Assembly (NCBI GenBank): GCA_963735805.1
Contig: CAVTMK010000001.1
Location: forward strand, 192,001 to 256,000
Direction of reading: 5' to 3'
Source of the DNA: an uncultured Verrucomicrobiae bacterium
Lineage (GTDB): Bacteria > Verrucomicrobiota > Verrucomicrobiia > Chthoniobacterales > UBA10450
DNA length: 64,000 bases
Shown: positions 44,737 to 54,578 of the stretch, piece by piece
How positions within the stretch are numbered: position 1 is the first letter of the stretch
Layout of the letters: the number at the start of each line of letters is the position of its first letter
The notes under the pieces: generated by a model
Database searches by the model: none
Seen by the model: the letters and a program-made list of their open reading frames with translations, nothing else
Told to the model about the DNA's origin: nothing
Position numbers and translations under genes: made by a program

Positions 44737-45705
44737 CTAGTTAACCGTCACGTCTTCGTCACCTTCTTCCAATGCTTTTCCATTCTTGGTGATCTGGACA
44801 GCATCAGGATCGAGAACGCGAATCGAGACATGTTTGCCGTGAAATTCCACCGTTCCATCTGCCGGAGAAACCCAGCGTTCGAAGGCAGGACTTCCGGTTT
44901 TGTCGCCCACGGTGACTCTTACATAAGTTCTTTTTAGCGGCCGAATCGCGACGCGATTTTGGTCGCCTGATTCCACGGAAGACGGATTCGCGGTCTCTTG
45001 TGCCTTCCCCACATCTTCGCGAGTCACCGGCTTCGCCCGACGCACCTCCGGTTCACTTGGCGCCGCCGAAACAGGCAAAGCCTTCCGAGTTTCTGGTGGC
45101 CCGACTGTCGCAATAGGTGAAGTAGCCGCTTCGGACGGCGCTGGCGGCACGGCGGTGGGAGCGGATGCAACTGTACTTGGCGACGCTTCGGTCTTGCCAG
45201 GCTGGCTGGCCTTGGGGCTTGGGACCGCTGAGGCGCTTGGTGATACCTGCGCCGTAGACTGCGCTTTTCCAGGCGCGAGCCGCTGCACATTGAGAATCAA
45301 CTTCATTACGCCAAACCCGATCACTAACACAAGCACCCCGAAGATCAGCGGCATTGGCGAGATGCGTTCTTGGTTGGTTGTGGCGGGACGACGACGTCGA
45401 ATAACCGGTGCGCTAACCGGCTTCTCAGGGCGATTTTCCTGGAGATACGAGTAGCCATCGACGGTCACGCGTTCGGAATCTTCAAACGCGTCCAGATATG
45501 GCGCGACGTCGACATCTAAAAATTTGCCGTAAATGAGAAGAAAACCTTTTGCGTATGCAAGACTGGGGAATTGCGAAAAATCATCTGCCTCAATCTCCGC
45601 AAGCCGGGCGGGACGAATCTTTGTCATTCGGGCTGCTTCGTCGAGCGTAAGGTTTCTCGCGAGCCTCGCCTCCTGAAATTTTTTTCCAAGCCCTTCTATC
45701 GTCAT
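44737..45705 (-). CDS. rodZ: RodZ-like HTH_25/TM/DUF4115 protein
   Basis: GKKFQEAR...TKIR...IEADDF...YAKGFL..Y..FL, central TM helix, ftsK-rodZ-rimO synteny. Confidence 0.85.
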   Translation of the reverse strand: MTIEGLGKKFQEARLARNLTLDEAARMTKIRPARLAEIEADDFSQFPSLAYAKGFLLIYGKFLDVDVAPYLDAFEDSERVTVDGYSYLQENRPEKPVSAPVIRRRRPATTNQERISPMPLIFGVLVLVIGFGVMKLILNVQRLAPGKAQSTAQVSPSASAVPSPKASQPGKTEASPSTVASAPTAVPPAPSEAATSPIATVGPPETRKALPVSAAPSEPEVRRAKPVTREDVGKAQETANPSSVESGDQNRVAIRPLKRTYVRVTVGDKTGSPAFERWVSPADGTVEFHGKHVSIRVLDPDAVQITKNGKALEEGDEDVTVN

Positions 45706-45721
45706 TGCGCAGAAACAGCGG

Positions 45722-48142
45722 CTAAACGGCAGCATCGAGATCGACCAGAATCTCGCGTGGTTTGGCGCCTTCGCCGGGACCTAAAATACCGCGCTGCTCC
45801 AGAATATCAACGATTCGTGCGGCGCGCGTGTAGCCGAGTCGCAGGCGGCGCTGAAGCAGTGAGGTCGAGGCACGTTTTTCCTGTCGAATGATCTCCAGAC
45901 ATTTTTCGACCAACTCTTCGTCTTCGTCTGTCACATCTTCTTCTGGGGCGGCGGTAGATTGAAGCTTCTCGTGCATGGCCGTATCGAAAGCAGGCGGGCT
46001 TTGCGCGGAAACAAATTCGACTACTCGATGAATCTCATCATCCGTGACAAGAACGCCCTGTGCGCGAATGAGGCGCGACGCGCTGGGTGGGAGATAAAGC
46101 ATGTCGCCTTGCCCGAGCAATCGATCGGCACCGTTTTCATCAAGAATTACGCGACTGTCGATCTTGGAAGCAACCTGAAACGCGATCCGGCTCGGAATAT
46201 TCGCCTTGATCACGCCGGTGATGACGTCCGCGCGGGGAGTTTGCGTCGCGACAATAATGTGAATACCGGCCGCACGAGCCATTTGTGTGATGCGTGCAAT
46301 GGCACTTTCAACGTCCGCAGGCGCGGTTTGCATCAAATCCGCCAACTCATCGATGATGACGACCACGTACGGCATCTTGTCAGGAATTTGCGGCTCATCC
46401 TTTGTAGTTGAGTGCGCGGAGCCCGGACCTTCCGAAGCTTCCTGTTCGTCGCCACGCTCAGCACCCGGGGCGACAGACTTCTTTGGTCGTGCGTTGAAAC
46501 CGACGATATTGCGCACGCCAACGCGTGCAAAGATTCTGTAACGACGCTCCATCTCATCGATCAGCCAGCGCAAGGCGAGCATCACTTTTTTTGGATCGAC
46601 AACTATCGGGAACGCGAGATGCGGCAGTGAGCTATACGATTGAAGTTCCACCATCTTCGGGTCGACGATCACAAGACGGAGCTCTTCGGGCGTGAAACGA
46701 AAAAGCATGCTGGCGATCAATGCATTGATACAAACACTCTTTCCGCTGCCAGTGGTACCAGCAACCAGTAGATGCGGCATTTGCGCAAGGTCGGCAATGA
46801 TCGTTTTGCCGTAAACGTCTTTCCCAAGCGCGAGCGGAATTTTCGCGTGTCCCTTCGCCTCTTCCCAGTCGGATGACTGCAACAGTTCACGCAGTTTGAC
46901 TGTCACCTTTCGGCTGTTCGCCAGTTCGATGCCCACCGTGTCTTTTCCGGGAATCGGCGCGAGGATATTGATTCGTTCGGCGCGCGTGGCTCGAGCGAGG
47001 TCCCGCTCGAGGCTTACAATCTTGTCCACACGAACGCCTTTGGCCGGATAGACTTCGTAACGGGTAATCGTCGGCCCTTTTGTGATATCGCCCGGTGCCA
47101 CGGCAATTCCGAATTGCCCCAAAGTCTCAATCAAAACTCGTTGAACGTCCTCCAGCTCCGAAGGATCAGACGTGCCGCGCCCCTCCATACTATGCTCGTC
47201 CAGCAGATCCATCCCGGGCAAGGCATAATTTTCCGATGTCCAAGTTGGAGTCATTACACTCGGCGCCGATCTTGCCTTCCGTTCGCCGGCACGCAATTCA
47301 GCGAGAGATGGTTTTCTGCGGGTCTCCTGCTCGCTCGGCAATGCGGTTGTATCGACGACCTTTGGTTTCGGCCGATTTGCCAGTTCCTCTGGCGAAATCA
47401 TCGACCCGCTCAACTCGCCCGTGGGCACACCTTTCTTTTTTAATTGTTTTTCCAGTAACCGCCGCTGCTTGGCGAGTTGCTGCTCACTGATTGCCAGTTT
47501 CCCCTTGAGATCCGATTTGCGCAGCCTCCAACGCAATCGCCATTCCTGCAGACTTACGCTCACGCGACGCATGAGCGCGACCGTCTCGCGAACAAGATGA
47601 ATGGGACGCAAACCGGTGACCAGAATCAGTGTGGTCACATAAATTCCGATCAAAAGGAGAAGGGTACCGAGTGGACCAACAGCGTTACGAAGCAAACCAC
47701 GGTGCTGATCGGCGAAAGCGTACCCGATCCAACCACCGGGTCCCTGGATGTTGAAGGCGGAGTGCCAGCCTTGCAAATGATACGGCTGCACATGGAGCAA
47801 ACAGGCACCTGATATGATAAACAGAGCGATCCAGGCTAACCGCGGCGTGATCCGCAAACCGGGATAAAACAGTTTTGCAGCGCCGAAACCCAGCAGGATT
47901 ACGGCCAAAAGGTATGACGCGGCTCCAATAAATTGATAGCAGATTCCTGCGATAACGGCGCCTACCGGCCCGATGAAGTTCTGCGCAGGATGATTCGCCG
48001 GCGAAATGTGACTGAACCAAATCCAGGAGGGAACATCCTTGGGCGTGTAGGAAATCAGCGCGAAAAACAAGAGGGTCCCCGCGAATAGTAAAACGAGAGC
48101 AAAGACTTCGTTCCAAGCGCTGTGTCTATCCGTGCGAGCCAC
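45722..48142 (-). CDS. ftsK: DNA translocase FtsK (GTG at 48142 preferred; ORF extends to 48196)
   Basis: N-terminal TM helices, PHLLVAGTTGSGKS, IIDELADLM, ATQ, gamma domain LQRRLRLGY. Confidence 0.96.
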   Translation of the reverse strand: MARTDRHSAWNEVFALVLLFAGTLLFFALISYTPKDVPSWIWFSHISPANHPAQNFIGPVGAVIAGICYQFIGAASYLLAVILLGFGAAKLFYPGLRITPRLAWIALFIISGACLLHVQPYHLQGWHSAFNIQGPGGWIGYAFADQHRGLLRNAVGPLGTLLLLIGIYVTTLILVTGLRPIHLVRETVALMRRVSVSLQEWRLRWRLRKSDLKGKLAISEQQLAKQRRLLEKQLKKKGVPTGELSGSMISPEELANRPKPKVVDTTALPSEQETRRKPSLAELRAGERKARSAPSVMTPTWTSENYALPGMDLLDEHSMEGRGTSDPSELEDVQRVLIETLGQFGIAVAPGDITKGPTITRYEVYPAKGVRVDKIVSLERDLARATRAERINILAPIPGKDTVGIELANSRKVTVKLRELLQSSDWEEAKGHAKIPLALGKDVYGKTIIADLAQMPHLLVAGTTGSGKSVCINALIASMLFRFTPEELRLVIVDPKMVELQSYSSLPHLAFPIVVDPKKVMLALRWLIDEMERRYRIFARVGVRNIVGFNARPKKSVAPGAERGDEQEASEGPGSAHSTTKDEPQIPDKMPYVVVIIDELADLMQTAPADVESAIARITQMARAAGIHIIVATQTPRADVITGVIKANIPSRIAFQVASKIDSRVILDENGADRLLGQGDMLYLPPSASRLIRAQGVLVTDDEIHRVVEFVSAQSPPAFDTAMHEKLQSTAAPEEDVTDEDEELVEKCLEIIRQEKRASTSLLQRRLRLGYTRAARIVDILEQRGILGPGEGAKPREILVDLDAAV

Positions 48143-48309
48143 CGCGTCTGATAGTAGTCCCGCAGCAGCGTCTTTCAATCTTTTGTAGAGGCGCATGCTT
48201 CCTTGCTCGTGTTCGCACTATTGAACGCGGCGCCCCTGACGGTCGCGCCTTACCATCGCGGTTTAATCTTGCGCGCATTACCAGAGACTGATAACTGTGC
48301 CAGCGCATT

Positions 48310-48528
48310 ATGGTTCCTTTCGTCCGCTACGGCCTCAGTGCTGTGGCGCTCTGCACACTGCTGTTTTGCATATCGTGCGAAAAACATCCGCTCGGCCAAA
48401 TGCCGGAAGTTCAGCGGGAGCAGTCCGATCCAGCAACGAGAGTCTGGTCCGAAGCGGGCAAAATCGAGTCTGAAAAATCGGCCTCCTCGCCCGGGCCAGC
48501 GGAAGCTGTTCCGCACGAAGATCGTTAG
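48310..48528 (+). CDS. Putative small lipoprotein
   Basis: Hydrophobic leader ending FCISC; 14 nt upstream of the POT gene. Confidence 0.45.
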   Translation: MVPFVRYGLSAVALCTLLFCISCEKHPLGQMPEVQREQSDPATRVWSEAGKIESEKSASSPGPAEAVPHEDR

Positions 48529-48542
48529 GCAAAGGAGATCAT

Positions 48543-50021
48543 ATGGCCAAACACAGGTACGCAACCTCGCCTCCAAACTTAACGGGCATGCCGCCGGGCG
48601 TACCGTACATCATCGGCAACGAAGCTGCCGAGCGTTTCTCCTATTACGGGATGAAGTCGGTCCTGACCGTCTTCATGGCGCATTTTATTTTGAATCAATC
48701 TGGTGTGCTTGCGCCGATGAGTTCGAACGAGGCGTACATGTACACGCACTACTTCGTTTTCGGCGTTTACTTTCTCCCGATCCTCGGCGCCGTCATCGCG
48801 GATGGCTGGCTGGGCAAATATTGGACCATCCTCTCGCTCTCGATCGTCTACTGCCTGGGCAATCTCACGCTGGCGTGCATGGCCACTTCCTGGGGGATTG
48901 CAATTGGCCAGCGAGCGATGCTGGCAATCGGACTGTTTCTGATTTGTCTGGGGGCAGGCGGCATTAAACCGTGCGTGTCGGCGAACGTTGGCGATCAGTT
49001 CGGCAAATCAAACCAGCATCTCCTATCAAAAATGTTTGGCTGGTTCTATTTCTCCATTAACGCCGGCTCTTTCATTTCTTCACTGCTTTGTCCCTGGTTA
49101 CTGGGGAATCCGAAGTACGGACCGGGATGGGCATTTGGAATTCCTGGAATCGCAATGTTGATCGCTACTTTGTTTTTCTGGGGCGGTCGCAAAAAAATGG
49201 TGCACGTGCCTCCGGCTGGATTGGGCTACCTGCGCGAAACCTTAAGCAAGGAAGGTCTCATCACGCTTGCGCGAATCGCAATGGTTTACGTTTTCATTTT
49301 GGTTTTTTGGGCCCTGTGGGGAATGAGCAACGGCGCCGAATGGACGTTGCAAGCAGAGAAAATGGATCTCCACGTGTCCTGGCTGCCGTGGGTCAACATT
49401 GGCTTTTCGCCATTTCACGTTTCAGCGGGGTGGGGTTTGGATTTGCTGGCCGCGCAGGTGCAAACCGCAAACCCTATTTTGATCCTGATTTTTATCCCAT
49501 TGGTAAATTATGTGATCTACCCGCTCATCAATGCAGTCTTCCCGCTCACTCCGCTGCGAAAAATCGGAATAGGGCTTTTCATCACTGCGCTCTCTTTCGT
49601 TGTAATTGTCATGATTCAAGGATGGATCGATGCAGGGTTAAAACCTCATATCAATTGGCAGTTTCTCGCCTACGTCGTGCTCACACTCGGCGAAGCGATG
49701 GTTTCAATCACCGGTCTAGAATTTTCCTATACGCAGGCGCCGAACACGATGAAGAGTTCCGTGATGGCGCTGTGGCTTCTCACTGTGGCCTCAGGTGAAC
49801 TCTTCGTGGGTCTGGTAAATAAATGGATCTTAAGCGCAGGCGGCGCGCATAAGCTCAGCGACTACCAGTACTTCACCTTCTTCACCTGGTTGATGTTTGG
49901 GGCCGCTGTCGTTTTCGTTGTCGTCGCCTGCTTCTATAAAGGCCGCACCTACCTGCAAACTCAGCTCACGCCGGACGAAATCGCCACCGAGCCGATTCTA
50001 CATGGCGGCACGCCAAGCTGA
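48543..50021 (+). CDS. POT/PTR family proton-dependent oligopeptide transporter
   Basis: EAAERFSYYGM, GGIKPCVSANVGDQF, FYFSINAG. Confidence 0.95.
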   Translation: MAKHRYATSPPNLTGMPPGVPYIIGNEAAERFSYYGMKSVLTVFMAHFILNQSGVLAPMSSNEAYMYTHYFVFGVYFLPILGAVIADGWLGKYWTILSLSIVYCLGNLTLACMATSWGIAIGQRAMLAIGLFLICLGAGGIKPCVSANVGDQFGKSNQHLLSKMFGWFYFSINAGSFISSLLCPWLLGNPKYGPGWAFGIPGIAMLIATLFFWGGRKKMVHVPPAGLGYLRETLSKEGLITLARIAMVYVFILVFWALWGMSNGAEWTLQAEKMDLHVSWLPWVNIGFSPFHVSAGWGLDLLAAQVQTANPILILIFIPLVNYVIYPLINAVFPLTPLRKIGIGLFITALSFVVIVMIQGWIDAGLKPHINWQFLAYVVLTLGEAMVSITGLEFSYTQAPNTMKSSVMALWLLTVASGELFVGLVNKWILSAGGAHKLSDYQYFTFFTWLMFGAAVVFVVVACFYKGRTYLQTQLTPDEIATEPILHGGTPS

Positions 50022-50026
50022 ATCCG

Positions 50027-51754
50027 ATGAAAATCATCTTCGCAGCCGCGCTCGTATTGTCGTCTTCGAGCCTCAGCGCGTTCGGCACTCCGCAGGACGA
50101 CGCGTTTCAAAAAATCGCGCACGACTACATCGAACAGTATTTGCGGAGCAATCCTGAGGATGCGACGGAGCTCGGCGATCACCGGTTTGATGGTCAGCTC
50201 ACTGATTACTCATCCGAAGCACGGGCGAAAGAACTGGCCGCGCAAAAAGAGTTTCGCGAAAAACTGGCGTCCATCGATGGCTCGCAGCTTACCGGTGCGA
50301 ACAATGTCGATTTCCGCATTCTCAAAGAGAACATCGATTACCAAATTTTCCGGGCTGAAAAGCTAAAGGAGCCGCAATGGAATCCGCTCGTGTACATGCA
50401 AAGCCTGGCCAACAGCCTCTATTTGTTGGTCGCGCGCGATTTCGCACCGCCAGGACAGCGGATTCCAAATTTGCGACAGCGGATCGAAGCAATTCCTCGC
50501 GTGATCGCTCAGGCGAAAGCCAACTTGCAACATCCGCCGCGCGTTCACACGGAAACAGCGATTGAGCAAACACAAGGGGCGATCAACCTCGTGCAAGAAG
50601 GGCTCGCCCCGCTGCTGGATCGGGCGCCACAACTGAAAAAGGAACTCGCACCCGTACAGGAAAAAACTGCCGCTGCTCTGGAGGATTACAAGAAATGGCT
50701 TCAGGACAATCTGTTGCCGCGCTCCGACGGCAATTTCCGCCTTGGCGCGGAGAAGTACCGAAAGAAACTGCGTTTTGCGCTCGCCTCGGACTTATCGATG
50801 GAGGAAATCATGAAGCGTGCGCAAGCCGACCTGCGGCAAACTCAAACTGCGATCTATGAAACGGCGTTGCCCCTTTACAGAAAATATTTCCCGAACGCAG
50901 ACGCAGCAACGCTTTCAGACAAACATAAGGTCACAGCGGCAGTACTCGAAAAACTCGGTGAGCAACATCCCGACGACGCAACGGTTGTCGGTTACGCGAA
51001 AAAAGTTGTTACCGAAGCTACCGATTTCGTTAAAGCCCGCAATCTGGTCACTGTTCCGAACGCACCACTGGATGTGATCGCGATGCCCGAGTTCAAACGC
51101 GGTGTAGCCGTCGCATACTGTGAATCCCCTGGCCCGCTCGAGAAAACGGGCCAAACATTTTTTGCCGTCTCACCGACGCCAATAGACTGGTCAAAGGAGC
51201 GAAAGGAATCGTTCTTCCGCGAATATAACAATTATATGATTCGCGACCTGACCGTGCACGAGGCGATGCCGGGACATTACCTGCAATTGGCCCATGCGAA
51301 CCAGTTCCATGCGCCCACGCTGGTTCGTGCAATTTTCCAAAGTGGCCCGTTCATCGAAGGTTGGGCCGTTTACTGCGAGCAAATGATGGCAGAACAAGGC
51401 TACGGCGGGCCGGAAGTGAAGATGCAGCAGTTGAAAATGCGATTACGCGTAATCGCCAACGCCATCCTCGATCAAGGCATACACGCCGGCAACATGACGG
51501 AAAAAGAAGCGATGGATTTGATGATGAAAGAGACTTTCCAACAGGAAGGCGAGGCAGTGGCAAAGTGGAAACGCGCGCGCCTTACTTCCGCTCAGCTCTC
51601 CACATATTTCGTGGGCGTCACTGAGCATCTGGATCTGCGCGCGACGGAGGAGAAGAAACTAGGCAAAGATTTCGACCTTAAGAAATACAACGACCAGGTG
51701 ATCTCATACGGTAGCCCGCCGGTAAAATACGTTCGCGAGCTGATGGGTCTGTAA
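50027..51754 (+). CDS. DUF885 family secreted protein (zincin-like)
   Basis: Signal peptide; HEAMPGHYLQ, FIEGWAVYCE, QLSTYFVG. Confidence 0.9.
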   Translation: MKIIFAAALVLSSSSLSAFGTPQDDAFQKIAHDYIEQYLRSNPEDATELGDHRFDGQLTDYSSEARAKELAAQKEFREKLASIDGSQLTGANNVDFRILKENIDYQIFRAEKLKEPQWNPLVYMQSLANSLYLLVARDFAPPGQRIPNLRQRIEAIPRVIAQAKANLQHPPRVHTETAIEQTQGAINLVQEGLAPLLDRAPQLKKELAPVQEKTAAALEDYKKWLQDNLLPRSDGNFRLGAEKYRKKLRFALASDLSMEEIMKRAQADLRQTQTAIYETALPLYRKYFPNADAATLSDKHKVTAAVLEKLGEQHPDDATVVGYAKKVVTEATDFVKARNLVTVPNAPLDVIAMPEFKRGVAVAYCESPGPLEKTGQTFFAVSPTPIDWSKERKESFFREYNNYMIRDLTVHEAMPGHYLQLAHANQFHAPTLVRAIFQSGPFIEGWAVYCEQMMAEQGYGGPEVKMQQLKMRLRVIANAILDQGIHAGNMTEKEAMDLMMKETFQQEGEAVAKWKRARLTSAQLSTYFVGVTEHLDLRATEEKKLGKDFDLKKYNDQVISYGSPPVKYVRELMGL

Positions 51755-51808
51755 GGCGTTTCTGTGAAACGCTGAATCAAAGTTGGCGTCTGACACAGAC
51801 GCCCTACA
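51750..51808. repeat. GTAG-type REP doublet (REPIN-like)
   Basis: TGTAAGGCGTTTCTGTGAAACGC...GGCGTCTGACACAGACGCCCTACA inverted pair. Confidence 0.8.
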
Positions 51809-51834
51809 ATTAGGTTGAGATCGAAATCATATTT

Positions 51835-52473
51835 ATGCCAAGCCTCGCCACATGGATGCGACCGAAGGACGAACAATGGTTTCAACCATTTTTTGAGATG
51901 CACCCTGACATTCATGTTTGCGATGCGAGCAAAAGGGAGGTTTCGATGGACCAAATGGATGGGCTCCTGCTGACGGGCGGATCCGATATCACACCGGAGT
52001 TTCTGCGGCAGGAAAATGTCGATCCGACCTTGATCGACAAAGATGATCTTGATCCCAAACGGGACCGTTGGGAGTTCAAGGCGATTTCGAAGGCGCTCAC
52101 GCGCGGCCTTCCGATTCTCGCCATTTGCAGAGGTATTCAGGTGTTAAATGTCGCCATGGGCGGAACACTTAAGCTCGACATTCCGGGTCACAGGCTGCCG
52201 GAACAGAAAGAGCAGGACATTCAGCGGCTGCGTTATGATGGCAACGCGAAGCATCGATTCAAAAACGTCAACAGTTCGCATCATCAGGCAATCGATCGCG
52301 TCGCCGATGGTTTCGAAATCCAAGCATGGTGCACCGACGACGACATCATCGAGCAAGTGCGCCTGCAGAATTATCCCTTCGGGTTAGCAGTCCAATACCA
52401 TCCTGAGCGTGGAAAAATCTACGATGCGCTCTTTGAGGATTTCTTCGAACGAGTGAAATCGTTCAAGCGCTAA
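51835..52473 (+). CDS. Gamma-glutamyl-gamma-aminobutyrate hydrolase family (peptidase C26)
   Basis: GLLLTGGSD, AICRGIQ, VNSSHHQA, VQYHPE triad. Confidence 0.9.
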   Translation: MPSLATWMRPKDEQWFQPFFEMHPDIHVCDASKREVSMDQMDGLLLTGGSDITPEFLRQENVDPTLIDKDDLDPKRDRWEFKAISKALTRGLPILAICRGIQVLNVAMGGTLKLDIPGHRLPEQKEQDIQRLRYDGNAKHRFKNVNSSHHQAIDRVADGFEIQAWCTDDDIIEQVRLQNYPFGLAVQYHPERGKIYDALFEDFFERVKSFKR

Positions 52474-52477
52474 AAAT

Positions 52478-52840
52478 TTAGTTGCCGCGATAAACGCAGC
52501 GCGCCGTCGGTGTCTCGTGCACGACGATTTCGCAAAGCCCCGGACATTGCGATTCCAATTTTTTCCAGAACCATTCAGCCATTTTTTCAATCGTCGGATT
52601 CTCCAAGCCTTCGATATCGTTGAGATAAGCGTGATCTAACATTTTCAGAAGCGGCTTCATCGCATCGCTAATTTTCGCATGGTCATAAACCCATCCGGGT
52701 TTTGGATCGACATCACCTTCCGCTGATACTTCGACCTTAAAACTGTGGCCATGTACGCGACGGCATTTGTGGCCTTCTGGCGCGTTTGGCAAAGTCTGCG
52801 CCGCTTCAAAGGTGAAATCTTTTGTTAGGCGAGCTCTCAC
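52478..52840 (-). CDS. queD: 6-carboxytetrahydropterin synthase
   Basis: HKCRRVHGHS, LDHAYLN, ENPTIE, VHET. Confidence 0.92.
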   Translation of the reverse strand: MRARLTKDFTFEAAQTLPNAPEGHKCRRVHGHSFKVEVSAEGDVDPKPGWVYDHAKISDAMKPLLKMLDHAYLNDIEGLENPTIEKMAEWFWKKLESQCPGLCEIVVHETPTARCVYRGN

Positions 52841-52870
52841 AGTCGGGAAAATACCATTGCCCCCGCTCCC

Positions 52871-52983
52871 TTGTCATCCCGAACGGAGTGAGGGACCTCG
52901 CACAAGGTCGTAAGATTACGCGCGCTACCTTGTGTAATCCAGCGCCCGCCTAAGATCGCCATTGTCTTCGCGACTCGGGACAA
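52871..52983. repeat. TGTCATCCCG-type intergenic palindromic repeat
   Basis: TTGTCATCCCGAACGGAGTGAGGGACCTCG...CTTCGCGACTCGGGACAA imperfect terminal inverted repeats. Confidence 0.55.
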
Positions 52984-53007
52984 CCAGGCCTGGCGGAGGC
53001 ACATCGA

Positions 53008-53667
53008 TCAAACTCCACGCTGGGTCGGGCTCCATATGAACTTGTGCATCTGAAGCTGAAAACGGACCTCGAGTTTATCGGCCAAGATCCACTCCACGAT
53101 CTCGCGTGGATCAATCCTCCCAAAAATCGGCGAAAATAGCACAGCGTGACAGCGAGCAGGAAGATCGTGTCGCGCCACTTTTTCGCGCGACCATTCGTAA
53201 TCTTCGCGCGATCCCATCACAAATTTCACCTCATCACGTGAAGTGAGATGGTCGATGTTCGACCAAAGATTCTTATCGACTTCGCCGCTTCCCGGCGTTT
53301 TCAAATCCATGATCCGATGGACACGGGGATCGACCTTCGAAACATCGTGTGCGCCCCCCGTCTCGATCAGGACCGAGTAGTCTGCATCACATAGCATCGA
53401 CATCAACGGCAGGACATTTTTCTGGAGCAACGGTTCACCTCCTGTGATCTCGACCAGAGGACAACGAAACGTGTGAACCGCATCCACGATCTCTTGCAGC
53501 GTTTGCTTTTTTCCCTCGTAAAACGCATACTCGGTATCGCAATAGCTGCAGCGCAAGTTACAGAAAGTCAGCCGCACAAAGACACACGGTCGTCCGACCC
53601 ACGTGCTTTCACCCTGGATCGAGTGATAGATTTCATTGATCGTCAGTGTCTTTTGGCGCTCGGCCAT
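53008..53667 (-). CDS. queE: 7-carboxy-7-deazaguanine synthase (radical SAM)
   Basis: SIQGE, FVRLTFCNLRCSYCDT, TGGEP, QLQMHK; next to queD. Confidence 0.93.
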   Translation of the reverse strand: MAERQKTLTINEIYHSIQGESTWVGRPCVFVRLTFCNLRCSYCDTEYAFYEGKKQTLQEIVDAVHTFRCPLVEITGGEPLLQKNVLPLMSMLCDADYSVLIETGGAHDVSKVDPRVHRIMDLKTPGSGEVDKNLWSNIDHLTSRDEVKFVMGSREDYEWSREKVARHDLPARCHAVLFSPIFGRIDPREIVEWILADKLEVRFQLQMHKFIWSPTQRGV

Positions 53668-53882
53668 AGAGCCGGAAGGTCTTACGCGAAGGATTGCAAA
53701 GCAAGTGATCCTGAGGTGCGCGCTAGCGGGAGAAATCGCTATAGCTTGACGCTCTATCCGGCGTCCATAATCTGAAATTTGGCGACAAGCCGCATTTAAT
53801 GTGGCAACGCATTGACCAGCCTTCGCATCGCTTCGGCGTGTCGAGGGACAACGCGTTCGCCGGTCCGTAAGATGTTTGTAGC

Positions 53883-54578
53883 GTGAAGGTTTTAATACAT
53901 TTTTATCGTTCGTCGGTTGGCAGAAAAATAATCGTCGCGATCACCGGCATTATTCTGATCCTGTTCGTAATCGGCCATCTTCTCGGGAATTTGCAGATCT
54001 TCATCGGCCCAGATTGGATCAACGGTTATTCGGAGCATCTGCGTAATCTCGGGCCGATCCTCTGGTTGATCCGAATTTTTCTGCTGGCCACCGTCATTAT
54101 TCACATCTACGCAACCATCCAACTGGCGATTGAAAACAAGCGTGCCCGACCTGCGCCGTACGTGGACAAGCGGTACGTCAAAGCAACGTTCGCCTCTCGT
54201 CACATGGTGATGAGCGGATTGATCGTGCTGGCATTTATCATTTATCACCTCGCGCATTTCACCGTGCGCGTTACTGATCGCCGGTTTGGCCTACTCAAGG
54301 CTGATCCACTTGGCCACTACGACGTCTACTCCATGATGGTGTACGGGTTCCAAAATTATTATGTGTCTGGCTTTTACGTCCTCGGGCTGTTTTTGCTCGC
54401 ACTTCACTTAAGCCATGGAGCGTCCAGCTTTTTCCAATCTCTGGGGTTAAATGACAAAAAGGTGGCTCCCCGTCTTGCTCTGGCAGGTCGAATTTTCGCC
54501 TGGCTCATCTTTGCTGGGTATACGTCCATTCCAGTGGCCATCTTGCTCGGGTGGGTTAAACCGGCGCAACAGCTATGA
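53883..54578 (+). CDS. sdhC: Succinate dehydrogenase cytochrome b subunit
   Basis: SSVGRK..VAITG, HLLGNL, LHLSHG; five TM helices. Confidence 0.93.
   Translation: MKVLIHFYRSSVGRKIIVAITGIILILFVIGHLLGNLQIFIGPDWINGYSEHLRNLGPILWLIRIFLLATVIIHIYATIQLAIENKRARPAPYVDKRYVKATFASRHMVMSGLIVLAFIIYHLAHFTVRVTDRRFGLLKADPLGHYDVYSMMVYGFQNYYVSGFYVLGLFLLALHLSHGASSFFQSLGLNDKKVAPRLALAGRIFAWLIFAGYTSIPVAILLGWVKPAQQL

Noticed and set aside
48203..48967. 254-aa ORF overlapping the POT transporter
   Set aside because: Out-of-frame overlap with a clear gene and no motif
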